A program made the translations under genes and the position numbers. This document shows, in pieces, positions 27,427 to 38,700 of a stretch of 64,000 nucleotides of DNA (position 1 is the stretch's first letter; every line of letters begins with the position of its first letter). A model generated the notes under the pieces. That model was not told the DNA's origin, searched no databases, and saw only the letters and a list, made by a program, of their open reading frames with translations. Location of the stretch: IMG/VR virus record IMGVR_UViG_3300017720_000003, positions 1 to 64,000 of that record; one strand, 5' to 3'. Source of the DNA: a virus (taxonomy: Duplodnaviria; Caudoviricetes).

Positions 27427-30315
27427 TTATACCCCCATCTTTCCACCATAAAATGGAAATGATTTTGGTAGTTTTTTTATTTCTTTACCTTTTTTTGATT
27501 GCACATTTGAACCAGGGTATCCAGGTATTCCACGTTGTTGCATATCAGCTACACCCTTTGTTGTACCAATAGCAGGTATACTACTATTACCTAAAGATAA
27601 ATATCTATCTAAAAAAGCAGCATCTATCTTTTGATCTGCTGGTAAGTTTTTCCTAAGTTTGGTATATGCATCTAAAAAGGCTTCTTGTTGATCTACTTGA
27701 TTTGCTTTATATAGCTGTTGACCATTTTCAGTAAACTCAACATCTCCATATCCTTGTGGATTAACATTATAATAAGGATATAAAGTATTTAAGTTATATG
27801 TGTTAGATGCATTTGTCATCATTGCATTAAAGAGTTCATTGTTTTTAGCAATCTTTTCATTATCAAAATTTTGCTTTTCTTGTAATGCAAACACTGTATC
27901 ATCATATAAACCTTTATCAATAGCTTTATTTCTCATATCAATCTGTGCATCCATTTGTGCTTGTTGTGATGCAGCACGGTTCATAATATTTAAATTAGTT
28001 CTATTAGTTCTGTCTATGGCTTGTGCAATTGCATTAAGACTTTTACCTTGAATATTACTTCTTGCTATTGCTTGAGGACCACCAGCAGCACCTAATGCAC
28101 TAGCCATAGTGTTTTGAGCACCCATAATTGCATTTACTTTACCAGTATAGTCATCTAATACATAGTCAATTTTTTGTTCTTCTAACTTAGGTGACCAAGG
28201 TAAATATAAATCATCTTGTATAGCTGCTAAAGCCATTAAGTTATTTTGGTCTTGTCTCCACACTTCTTTTATGGGACCGGGTGTAGTTTCTAATTCAGGA
28301 ATTACAATTTCTTCTTTTTCTTCTGCTTCTGGTATATCAATAAATCCTTCTTCTGCAGCTGTAAAGTCTATATCAAATCCAGGAGCATTAAATACTTTAG
28401 CACCTGCTTTACCATCTAAATCTGATCCAGTTTCACCAGAACCAAAGTAAGGTCTATATGGTGCACCTACTTTATCATAGAATTTCTTTCTTTCTTCTTC
28501 ATATAACTTTTGAAACTCTAACCATTGTGGATCATTTTTTCCTTTATTATAATCAAACCCTTCTATTTTCTTAGCTATCTTACCAACTCTCCTCATCCAA
28601 TCATCTTTAGCTTCATCTGATGCATATTGATCTGAACCATACCAACTATCTTGATTACCTGTAGAATATTGTGTTCCTGGTATATTACCATCTGAATACA
28701 TACCATAGTCAAAATAACCTATGTCTGATTGATTAATAACCTCTCCGGTTCCTCTTTCATCTTCACTATATATTGGATCTCCTTCAACATCTGATCCTAC
28801 AATATCTATTGCACTAGTTTGACTTCTACCCTCTCTACCTTCAAAATTAGATGATGCGGGTTTATAATATCTAAGCTTACCTTCATCAGTAAGAGAAAAT
28901 TCAAAACCTTTAGATTGTTTCTCTTGAATAAGCTTATATGTATCACTACCCTCTGGAAAATACTTTAACGGATCAAATGATTCTGAACTTGTTGTTGCTT
29001 CACCAGTCGTTGTTGCTTCATTATCTTCTGTTTGTGCATTAGATCTTACATTTTCAACATTATCCTGAACAATAGTTGTTATTTGATCAGATTGATTATT
29101 ATTAACATTACCGTAAGTTTCATTAAATTGCTCTTCTGTAATACTTAAATCTCCACTAGTATCATTTTGATTGAAAACATCAAAATCTTCTATGTTCATT
29201 AAATTCTTTCCATACATTTTGATTTCTGCATCAGACAAGTCTTTGATAAAATCTGGTTTTATATTACCATCAAAATCTCTATGTTGATTATTTCTAATTA
29301 CACTATCAATATATGTAGCTCTATCCACAGGTTGTCCATTAACTGCATACATTGTAGTAGAACTATCTGTATCAGTTTCTGTACCTGCTTGTGCCTTATT
29401 CAAAAAGTCTGACATTTCATTACCAAACCTAGCCATAGGCATTATATCATTATTTGCTTGAGCAAGTTGCATTTGATTAGCAGAGTCAATTGGTGGCGCT
29501 TGCATATTTTGTGCAGACATGCCCTGTTGTTGTTCTGCCTGAGCAAGCATTTGTTGCAACATTCTTAATTGATTTTGCTGATCCACAGGTAATTGTTCTA
29601 TTGCATTATTTTGTGCTTGTTGCATAGATATCTGTTCTACATTAGCTGTAAACTCTAATGGATCTAATCCTTGTGACATTAAAAAAGGATGTGATGCTAA
29701 AGGTACACCATCTTCAAAATTCTTTTTTGCTTCTTGCATAAAAGCTAATTTAGATAAGTCTTCCATATTTTTCTTTAACATTAACTCTGCACTTCTAGAA
29801 GAAATATTATCTGAAAATTGAGAATCTAATTCTGCATAATAGTTATTTAATCCAAACCTTTTAGAAATTTGTGCTGGGGTTCTTCTTGATCCGCCCATAT
29901 CAAATTCAGTCATTTCATCTTTACTAAACCTTAATTTAGGTGTATCAGAATAAATAAAAGATTGTTCAGGTAAAAACATAGGTACACCACCTCGTGAATG
30001 TCTAGGTCCTGTTATATTGTAAAGACCAAAATCACCATTGTCATTTAAATCAGTTAAAACTGTTTCTCCACCTTCTGCTTCTATATTAGCATCTTCTCTA
30101 GGTACACTAGATAAACTATATCTTACTGATTGATCATCAGTGTTATTAAACATAGTTTGTCCGTAATATTCTTGTGGAGTTGTAACTAAACCATAATCTG
30201 CTTGGTCACCTGTCAAATACATATCACCACCGTATTGCATAACTTTATCTTCAACAACTTTGCCGTCAACTAGTTTAAAACCTTTAGGTAATTTATTTAT
30301 TTTAATCTTTGCCAT
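27427..30315 (-). CDS. Internal virion/cargo protein (modular, Q-rich)
   Basis: 962 aa; N-terminal NIEAEGGE...GPRHSRGGV region, Q-rich linker, MQYGG/ARFG/AQAG motifs; lies between muzzle and ejection genes. Confidence 0.55.
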   Translation of the reverse strand: MAKIKINKLPKGFKLVDGKVVEDKVMQYGGDMYLTGDQADYGLVTTPQEYYGQTMFNNTDDQSVRYSLSSVPREDANIEAEGGETVLTDLNDNGDFGLYNITGPRHSRGGVPMFLPEQSFIYSDTPKLRFSKDEMTEFDMGGSRRTPAQISKRFGLNNYYAELDSQFSDNISSRSAELMLKKNMEDLSKLAFMQEAKKNFEDGVPLASHPFLMSQGLDPLEFTANVEQISMQQAQNNAIEQLPVDQQNQLRMLQQMLAQAEQQQGMSAQNMQAPPIDSANQMQLAQANNDIMPMARFGNEMSDFLNKAQAGTETDTDSSTTMYAVNGQPVDRATYIDSVIRNNQHRDFDGNIKPDFIKDLSDAEIKMYGKNLMNIEDFDVFNQNDTSGDLSITEEQFNETYGNVNNNQSDQITTIVQDNVENVRSNAQTEDNEATTTGEATTSSESFDPLKYFPEGSDTYKLIQEKQSKGFEFSLTDEGKLRYYKPASSNFEGREGRSQTSAIDIVGSDVEGDPIYSEDERGTGEVINQSDIGYFDYGMYSDGNIPGTQYSTGNQDSWYGSDQYASDEAKDDWMRRVGKIAKKIEGFDYNKGKNDPQWLEFQKLYEEERKKFYDKVGAPYRPYFGSGETGSDLDGKAGAKVFNAPGFDIDFTAAEEGFIDIPEAEEKEEIVIPELETTPGPIKEVWRQDQNNLMALAAIQDDLYLPWSPKLEEQKIDYVLDDYTGKVNAIMGAQNTMASALGAAGGPQAIARSNIQGKSLNAIAQAIDRTNRTNLNIMNRAASQQAQMDAQIDMRNKAIDKGLYDDTVFALQEKQNFDNEKIAKNNELFNAMMTNASNTYNLNTLYPYYNVNPQGYGDVEFTENGQQLYKANQVDQQEAFLDAYTKLRKNLPADQKIDAAFLDRYLSLGNSSIPAIGTTKGVADMQQRGIPGYPGSNVQSKKGKEIKKLPKSFPFYGGKMGV

Positions 30316-30317
30316 AA

Positions 30318-33300
30318 TTATAACATTTCTATGTCAGCTCCCGCTGCAATTAATTTAGCTAACATTTTAGAATCTACATTTATTGTCTCTCCTCCTTGTT
30401 GTGCCTTAGCCATTTCTCTTTTAATAACTTTATCTCTATTTGCTAAATAAGCTGCTTCACCTTTTTCACCACCATAATCATTCCTAAGCAACAACTCTCC
30501 TCTTGGTACTTGAATTTCAGGCAAAGCTATAGGGCTTGGTTCAATCTTAGATACTTTTATTGGTTCAACAAAATAATCTTTATTATCTAACTGAGATTGT
30601 AAAGCACTCAATTGATTATTTAAATCATTTGATGACCCAACATATCTGGTTACTCTTAATCCTGAGTCAGGATCACTAGTATCATTATAACCTTTAATAC
30701 TAGATAGAGGTCTATAATTTACTCCACTACCCACTCTTCCACCTGTATTTTCCATCATTATAGGAGAACCATTTTTATCATAATCTCCAGTAAATATCAT
30801 TGTATGTGCAGCACCAGATCCACCAGTAGTACTATAATTAGATACAACTCTATCACCTGGTTTTAAATCACTAAAGCCAGGTTCCATTAATTGCATTCCT
30901 AAGCCTCCTTCATTGCGTTCAATCATACTATTAAGTTGACTATTACCTGATATAATAGGAAAGGGTTTGCCCTCTTCTGTTGTTGCACCAGCTTGTCTTA
31001 ATATACCACAACCATAACTTGTACAGCCATATCCAGCTTGACCACTATCCGTTCTACTTTGTAACCAGTTTCTAGTTGCACTAGGAATACTATCTAAACC
31101 TACAACTGCATCTCCATATGCATCAGTTGTAACATTAAATAGATTTGGATTAATAGATGAATTTTCTAATATTTTATTCAGCTGACTTTGTCTTAATTCA
31201 TCACTATCCGCTTCTTTAGATGTTAAAAAACCACGGTATATTTTATCTATATTTGATTGAAAATCTTCAATCCTTGAGTTTTCAGTTTCTATTTGGTTTT
31301 GTAATTCTAATATTTCTGATTCAATCTCAGATCTACTTTTACGTGATCTTGTAGGTGTTTCACCTTTTTGTTGATATTCTTCTAAGTTACCTGTAAATAA
31401 TTTTAATGGATTAAATGGATCACCTCCATCTTGCATGTTTTGTAATATATTAGCTTGCACACTTTTTGGTAATGCTTTAAAGCCTGGATTATTAGTACCA
31501 CCATTTTTCATATAGTAACCAGTCACCCTATCGGCATCACTGCCAAACAAACCAGTATTAATATCAGGACCTTTACCTTTTTTAAATTGTGGATCTGTTT
31601 TAGTAGCATATGCATTATCAGCAATTATATTTTCACGTGCATCTACATAACCGCTATCATCAGCATCTTCCTTAAAATCATTTATGTTAGAAATAATACC
31701 AATACCTTTTCCAGCTATATCTTCAAAAGCTCTCATTGCATTACTATTATACCCTCTCTTTAAAGCTCCAAATACACCACCAGTATCAACATCTACAGAA
31801 CCAAAATCCACTTTATCAAATAATGAATCAGCATCTAATTCTGCATCTGCAAGTAATTGCTGGCTATTAACCTGTGTTTCTGACTCTAAAGGTGTATCAC
31901 CTAATCCAGGAAACCTTTGTTGTAATTGTGCATCTGCTACAGCTTGTGTGTCTGCTATGTAATCCGTTTGTAGTTGACCTTCTATATCAAACATATTTAG
32001 ACCAGAATTATTTGAAGAACCTGCAAATTGCATCTTTTTAAGATTAGGCTGCCCTCCTTTATCAAAACCAATTTTGTTTTTAAGTGCATCGTATAACCCT
32101 TGAGCTGAATCACTTAAACCAGTAATATTTTCATTAAGCCAGTTTTTTCCTTGTTCAACTACATTATTTATTTCTGATTGATTAGTTTCTATGTTTGGTG
32201 TAGGTAAATTAGATACAGCACTATCTACAGTAGGATTTTCTTTTTGATATTGAGTTAACCAATTTTTAAAATTATTTATATTTTCCTCACCTAAATCTAA
32301 GTTTAATGTATAGTCAGCATCAGCATATTTTTGTGCTTTGTTAGCAATTGTTTTATTTTTAATATCTCTTAATGATCCATCTTTAAGTCCATCGTTATCT
32401 TTATCTTGTCCACTAAATAAAGTTGTACCAAAATCCATTACTGAATTTACTAAAGAAGCTGGACTAAATCTTTTACCACTATGAAATGCTGAAGGATTAA
32501 TATAAAAAGGATTTTGAACTAAACCATCATCTTTATCATTTACTACATCTTGACCACCATATAAAATATTACCTTCTAAATCTTTTACGGTAGTATTGTT
32601 TTTATTAGCAAATTCATATGCTGAATCAATCATTTCATTTCCTGTCTGTGCTTTAGGTGCATCATGAGTATAACCAGCTTCTTTAAGTCTAAGATGTGTT
32701 TCCATATCTTTAGCTCTAATCTTCCTATCACCTTTATACATAAAGTGTGGCTCAAACTTTTTCTGTTCTCCCCCTTCTTCTTTTTTCCACCCAGCAGCAT
32801 TTTTTGCAAAATTAGCCATCTTTACTATTCTAGTAGGATATCTATCTTTATTAGCCATAACCTTCCTAGCCGCTTCCTGAACACTCATACCACGTGCCTT
32901 AGCCCATGCTGTAAACTTACCTTCATTTTCAGGTTTAATCTCTATGCCTGACTTAGCCATTTCAATAGGATCTATATTTACATTTAATCCTTGTTGATCT
33001 TCTTGTATTTCTTGTTGTCTTGCTAACTGCTGAGGGTCTTGATTTATTTGTTGTGCAGTAGGATCTGCTGGTTGCTGTTGTTCTTGAATGTTTTGAAACA
33101 AAACTTGTAAGTCATTTTCTTGATAACCCAAAGACATAAGTGCTTGTACAATAGTGTTTTGATCTACTTCTTGTTGCATTAAACCCATTACAACTTCTTC
33201 TGGTTTACCACCTTTATCAATAGACTCTTTAAAAAACACACTAACTTGTTGAATAGCTGGATCAACCTGTGGTTGCTGTTGCATACCGGGTTGATTAGGA

Positions 33301-33347
33301 ATCATCTGTCCACCTTGCTGTTTTACACTTATTTTGTTTAAGTTCAT
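30318..33347 (-). CDS. Modular cargo protein with C-terminal NlpC/P60-CHAP-like peptidase/amidase domain
   Basis: 1009 aa; GCTSYGCG (Cys 31023-31025), LKPGDRVV, AAHTMIF (His 30804-30806); about a dozen xxxGG-type linkers. Confidence 0.65.
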   Translation of the reverse strand: MNLNKISVKQQGGQMIPNQPGMQQQPQVDPAIQQVSVFFKESIDKGGKPEEVVMGLMQQEVDQNTIVQALMSLGYQENDLQVLFQNIQEQQQPADPTAQQINQDPQQLARQQEIQEDQQGLNVNIDPIEMAKSGIEIKPENEGKFTAWAKARGMSVQEAARKVMANKDRYPTRIVKMANFAKNAAGWKKEEGGEQKKFEPHFMYKGDRKIRAKDMETHLRLKEAGYTHDAPKAQTGNEMIDSAYEFANKNNTTVKDLEGNILYGGQDVVNDKDDGLVQNPFYINPSAFHSGKRFSPASLVNSVMDFGTTLFSGQDKDNDGLKDGSLRDIKNKTIANKAQKYADADYTLNLDLGEENINNFKNWLTQYQKENPTVDSAVSNLPTPNIETNQSEINNVVEQGKNWLNENITGLSDSAQGLYDALKNKIGFDKGGQPNLKKMQFAGSSNNSGLNMFDIEGQLQTDYIADTQAVADAQLQQRFPGLGDTPLESETQVNSQQLLADAELDADSLFDKVDFGSVDVDTGGVFGALKRGYNSNAMRAFEDIAGKGIGIISNINDFKEDADDSGYVDARENIIADNAYATKTDPQFKKGKGPDINTGLFGSDADRVTGYYMKNGGTNNPGFKALPKSVQANILQNMQDGGDPFNPLKLFTGNLEEYQQKGETPTRSRKSRSEIESEILELQNQIETENSRIEDFQSNIDKIYRGFLTSKEADSDELRQSQLNKILENSSINPNLFNVTTDAYGDAVVGLDSIPSATRNWLQSRTDSGQAGYGCTSYGCGILRQAGATTEEGKPFPIISGNSQLNSMIERNEGGLGMQLMEPGFSDLKPGDRVVSNYSTTGGSGAAHTMIFTGDYDKNGSPIMMENTGGRVGSGVNYRPLSSIKGYNDTSDPDSGLRVTRYVGSSNDLNNQLSALQSQLDNKDYFVEPIKVSKIEPSPIALPEIQVPRGELLLRNDYGGEKGEAAYLANRDKVIKREMAKAQQGGETINVDSKMLAKLIAAGADIEML

Positions 33348-33365
33348 TTCACCTATATTATATTA

Positions 33366-33377
33366 TTAATATACAAA
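33366..33377 (-). promoter_or_regulatory. Candidate phage promoter TTTGTATATTAA
   Basis: Recurrent intergenic motif, about 19 nt upstream of the ATG at 33347. Confidence 0.5.
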
Positions 33378-33408
33378 TTATCTAAGAGATTTGCTAATCT
33401 TTAAAGGT

Positions 33409-35751
33409 TTAAGAATTAGCAATAACATTAGTAGCAATATAATTAGCTACACCCATTCCACGCTCTTTTGCATCTTTATAATGCATTCTGTTTAGTTTAT
33501 CAAATATATTTTTTGCAGTTTCACTATCATCAAGACCATTAATATAATTCATATAAATAGTATATGGGTTTGTAGTTGAACCACCTTCTTTAAAACCTAG
33601 TTTATTTTTCCACCAACCTGGTATATTTTTTACACCTTCAAGAGATACATCAAAGGGATTATTAGGTTTTATATATTGTTCATTTAATGCTTCTAGTGCA
33701 GCTGGTATTGTTCCTTCAGGAATACTTTCATACATATTAACAACATCTCTTTTAATCTTATCTATATTGTTTCTTGCCATTTGCTCTCTACCTTTACCAA
33801 CGTCAACAAATGGATTAAAATTAGCATTAAATAATGATGTTAAGTCTCTAAATGCCCTATCTCCAATCTTACTAAGATCTCCATCATCCTTAAGTATTTT
33901 TAATGCTGTAGGATTCTGAAGTATACTTTCTAATGTATTATTTATGTCATCTCTATTTAAACTATCTAAATAATTAGTAAGTACATCAATAGTTCCAGCA
34001 TTAACATTTTCTCCTAAATTATCTTTAACTAAATTTCTTAATCCTTCTTCTCTACTAGTTCTATATCCTGTACTGCTTCCCGGTACTATAAAATCATTAT
34101 ATTTTGATAAGATACCATCCATAACTAAATTTGGATCTGTTATACCCGCTTGAGTATTTTCTGGTGAATTAGGATCCATACCTAATCCCATACATACACC
34201 AGTAGCACAATTAGAATCTACAAAATCATAATCATAGATATTATTATCGTTTATTGATAAAGGTAACTTCCCTACACTTAATCCACTCTTAGTATGTTCT
34301 TTTCCTTTGTTTGTTCCTGTAAATAATTGGGCTTCAGTTATATAATTTTTAATTTCACTTTCTGATAAATTAAGATCTACTGTTCTTACATCTTCTTCTT
34401 GCTCATAATCTCTTTGTGTAACTCTTCTATTACCAGGACCCGCCCATCTATTTATATAACCTACAAGTTTAGTACCTGAAATTTTATTTACTTGTCTTCC
34501 TGTTTTTTTATCAACCAACACGGATTCAATATGACCTGGACTAAATTTTTTGCTACCATATGGATATTGTATAACTCTTACATTATATTTTGATAAATCT
34601 ACTCCATCAATTTCTTTCTCTAAATCAGAAGAAGTTTCATCACCATCTTGAGCTTTAGGTAATGAACCTCCGTATTCAGCATATCTAATATTATTTTCTT
34701 GAGATGCATCTATTGTTGCTACCTCATTCATTAATCTTAAAATTTCTTTATCTTCATATATATCATCTAAGTTAAATAGACCATAGTCACTTTCTTCTTT
34801 AAGTTTTTTTCTTAATTCAGGTAAATCATCTTTAGTATAAATCTTGTTGGGATCTATATTATTCTTTTTTCTGAATTTCATTAATTCAGCATAAATCTCT
34901 ACAGGAGGCAGATAATCTTCTGTTTCATATCCACCTTTTACAGGTATATTTTTTATAGCTTTATGTATGTTAGTTTCTGGAATTTCTTCTTTCATATCTT
35001 TTCCAGGTAAACCACTTGTTCCAATATCAAACACATGGCTTAGTTCATGAACATCGGTGTCTTCTTCTTTATTAGGTGAGAAGAATCTTGGATCAGAAAA
35101 ATAAATATTATCAGAAGGAACATACATTCCATTAGGAGCATTAAATTGCCAATTGCTAGCATCTTCATTGCCTGCCTTAACCATTTCTTCTCTAGAAACT
35201 TTCTTAACATCATCAAGGTTTTTAAAACCTTTTTCCATTTGTCCATTACCTAATTGATCTTCAAATTGACCAGTAGCATTACGTGTTTCTATCCAATTTT
35301 TAATCCATTCTTTATTTCCATATTGAGCTTTGGGTAATGTTTTAATTTTACCGTTCTTAGTTCTAGCATATCTATTCTTTTCATTTTCCATGCTAGGAAT
35401 AAGTGTACCTGAATATGATTTACCTTTCCAATTCCAACTTACTGAGCCACCGGATTTTGCTATAGGTATTTCAAGTACTTTATCTCCTGGAAAACTATAA
35501 TTTATACCAGGTGTCATTATTTCTTTATTACCTAAATTATCTATACCAAGTAAAGGTCCTTTTTTTAATGGGCTACCATCATTTTCAATCATACTAATAT
35601 TACCTGACTCAATAAGATTAACTGAATTGTTTTTATCAGGGCTATCATATCTATATCCCTCTACAGAAACAACCCCTGTAACATATGTTATTTCTTGATT
35701 GGGTCCTCCAGGTAATCCACGGCTTGTTATGTAATTAAAATCTTTAGTCAT
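33409..35751 (-). CDS. Modular cargo protein with zincin (HELSH) and permuted papain-like (H...NC) domains
   Basis: 780 aa; HELSH at 35035-35049 with downstream EIYAEL; PGHIE (His 34531-34533) and YDFVDSNC (Cys 34207-34209). Confidence 0.6.
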   Translation of the reverse strand: MTKDFNYITSRGLPGGPNQEITYVTGVVSVEGYRYDSPDKNNSVNLIESGNISMIENDGSPLKKGPLLGIDNLGNKEIMTPGINYSFPGDKVLEIPIAKSGGSVSWNWKGKSYSGTLIPSMENEKNRYARTKNGKIKTLPKAQYGNKEWIKNWIETRNATGQFEDQLGNGQMEKGFKNLDDVKKVSREEMVKAGNEDASNWQFNAPNGMYVPSDNIYFSDPRFFSPNKEEDTDVHELSHVFDIGTSGLPGKDMKEEIPETNIHKAIKNIPVKGGYETEDYLPPVEIYAELMKFRKKNNIDPNKIYTKDDLPELRKKLKEESDYGLFNLDDIYEDKEILRLMNEVATIDASQENNIRYAEYGGSLPKAQDGDETSSDLEKEIDGVDLSKYNVRVIQYPYGSKKFSPGHIESVLVDKKTGRQVNKISGTKLVGYINRWAGPGNRRVTQRDYEQEEDVRTVDLNLSESEIKNYITEAQLFTGTNKGKEHTKSGLSVGKLPLSINDNNIYDYDFVDSNCATGVCMGLGMDPNSPENTQAGITDPNLVMDGILSKYNDFIVPGSSTGYRTSREEGLRNLVKDNLGENVNAGTIDVLTNYLDSLNRDDINNTLESILQNPTALKILKDDGDLSKIGDRAFRDLTSLFNANFNPFVDVGKGREQMARNNIDKIKRDVVNMYESIPEGTIPAALEALNEQYIKPNNPFDVSLEGVKNIPGWWKNKLGFKEGGSTTNPYTIYMNYINGLDDSETAKNIFDKLNRMHYKDAKERGMGVANYIATNVIANS

Positions 35752-38700
35752 TATCTCATTGATAATTGTAGTTTAGTATTATTAAGTCTTAATAGCATTT
35801 TTCTGTTTGATGATACATTTTTTCTAAGTATAACGTGATTAGAGTAATGTCTAAACTTCTTACGTTGTGTAGGAGGTTTTTGATAATTTAAATTAATAGG
35901 ATTTAAAGGTCTTATATAACCATTACAATCTGTATTAAAAATAGATTGTTCTGCATTAGTAAACTCACCTCTATCATTTGTAATATCCCAAAACTGATTA
36001 AACCTAAATTTATGTTCTACTTTTGAAACTTCTATATCAATAGTATTGGAACCTATAGCAGGGTATTGTAAATTACCCCAAGGGTTATTAAACTCAGCAA
36101 TATTTAAACTTAATAATCCTGATGTTTGATCATTATTATATACAATGGCTGCATCAAAATTAAAGTCTAAATCTTCCCATTTGTCTCCACCACACATATT
36201 ATATTGAGGATCTCCTTTATATACATAGGTTTCTAATTGATATTCAAAACTTCTTACTGTATTAACTGCTTGACCTGTATTAGATATTAAATCTATTTCC
36301 CAAGGATAATTAGTCTCATAAAAATTAGCAAATGAATCACATCTAAAATTATGTCTCCAAAATCCTCCTACTTCAAAATTTGCTGGAGTAGATTCATAAC
36401 TAAAATAATTACATAATCTGGGATCTGCTTGCGGAGCATTAGCATCAACCATTTGATAAATTAGTGGTGCAGTATCTGGACAAGTTCCTGTCTCAGTAAC
36501 AACAGAACCTGGTACTGTACTTGTAGGACATTGACAACTAACTTTTCTACAAATCGGTGGTGTAATATCATCACATACACCTGTACTTTCAGTATAAGCA
36601 GTTGTTGTAGGATTTTGAAATACTTTAGTATAACCTGCTGGACAATCACAAACAAATGGTGTACCACATATATTTGCCGTTAATTCATTTGCAACAACAT
36701 CCCAATTAGTAATAGGATAACTTGCATCAATAGTTGATTGAATTCCATACATATATGCATTTGTAGTTACCCCCACTGTCCCTGATGTAATTGTTATATC
36801 ATTAAGAAGTTCATTAGTTTGACAAGCAATTTGATTCATTACAGGACTATCTGGATCATTATTGGGGTATGGTGAATTTATACCACAGAATAATGCATAC
36901 ATATACTCGTTACTTTGTCCTGTACCTTGTGCAGATGCATTTGGTGATTGTAAATTACATTGATTTCCTGGTGTACCTCCTGTATCTGTTACTGTAACAA
37001 CTACCCTTCTATATGTTGCATCACTAGATCTTGCTGGATATTGAGCTGAATAAGATGAATTTACAGTGTCTGAAGCTAAAGTTAGGCCTGCTTGCATTCC
37101 TTCAGGAATATCTGTACCACCACCCGTCCAATTATTTAAGAAAAAACTTTCAACATTATCTACTCCATTTTGACCTATTAAATTTGTACTACCCATACTG
37201 TGAGGTGAAATATAACCTGCTGGATTAGTAGTACCTGGACCTGAGTTATCCCAATTTCGTACTCTAAACTGAGCGCCTCCTCCATCATCAGACCATACTG
37301 CAAATCCCATTTGCATGGTTCCAGTACTTATTGCATTTTGTATATCTGCATTACCAACAAAAGACTTTATCCATTCTAACTGTGCATAAGCTCTATCATT
37401 ACTATCTGTTGGATCTCCTGTGCTTCCTGATACATCAACTGTAATTACTATATCAATTAAACATGCTGCAGCACCACCTGTTGTATCTGATCCTATATTT
37501 TCTACTGTAACTGTAGATGGTATTGTTTCATTAATACCTCTTTCACATAAACCATTTGTAGGATTATAATTAAATCCTGGTGGACATTGTGGATCTGTTA
37601 CTGTAGTTTTGTTAGTAGTGAAAAAGTGATTAATACTAGGTAAAGCTAATTGTGGATGCCAATCATGAAAAGATATCCATGCTTTTACTTTTGGATCATA
37701 ACTTATAGTCCATGAGCAATCATCAAAATATAATGGATCACCTATATCAACTGGAATAGATATACCTAAACTTGTTACAATTTCTACTGGTTTAGTATCT
37801 CTATCTGTGAATGTTGCACCTGCTATAAACTCCGGCTTAAGTTGATAGTCTTTCTTCATAAAATATACAACATCATCAACAGAATCATACATTGCTTGAC
37901 AACCTACACCATGTACAGGATTATCTGTCCAAACAGAAGTTTCTGAATTTGCAAATTGTTTTATAAATCTAGATGGTAAATATTTTGCAAACCACCATTT
38001 CATTCCCGCATTTGATATTGGCACTAGCCCTTTACCTCCATATTGAAATATTTTACCTTGTTGCTGTGATATAAAAAATAATCCTATAGGTGAATTTATT
38101 ACACCTCTTATACTTTCACATGATCCATATTCATTTGATATATCAGCATTAGCAACATTTTGGAATGGTTGACTAAATAATTTACCATCTCCAATAGTTA
38201 CATTATTATTTGAACCTAATTTTAGTGTATCTACTCCATTAAATAATTGAGGAGATAAATGTGGGAAAAATATTAATGCTCCATTCTTACTAATAGGTTT
38301 AATAACACTTACATCATTTTTAAAATCTTTGTAATTAAAGTTTAAGAAAACTCTCCAGAAATCTTTTCTTTCTTCATCTTGTGCTTGTAATGAATATATT
38401 AATCTTTTTGGATATGAAGTAAAACATGTTTCAGAAACTAATGGATCATAATATAATGGTTGAACTTCACCAAATGAGCCTAACTGTGTTGGAAATTTAC
38501 CTGGACTTAATGACTCATCATATTTAAAGAAATTATCTTTCTTTTCTATTTGAGCATGAAACAATTCATCTATATCATTATAATCATATGTGCTATAAAA
38601 TCTTTTTGAAGGCTCATCTTCATAATCTCTTTGTGATAAATTTATTTCTGACTCAACAAAAAAATCAGTAATTCCGTTAACATGCGTATACATATATGCA

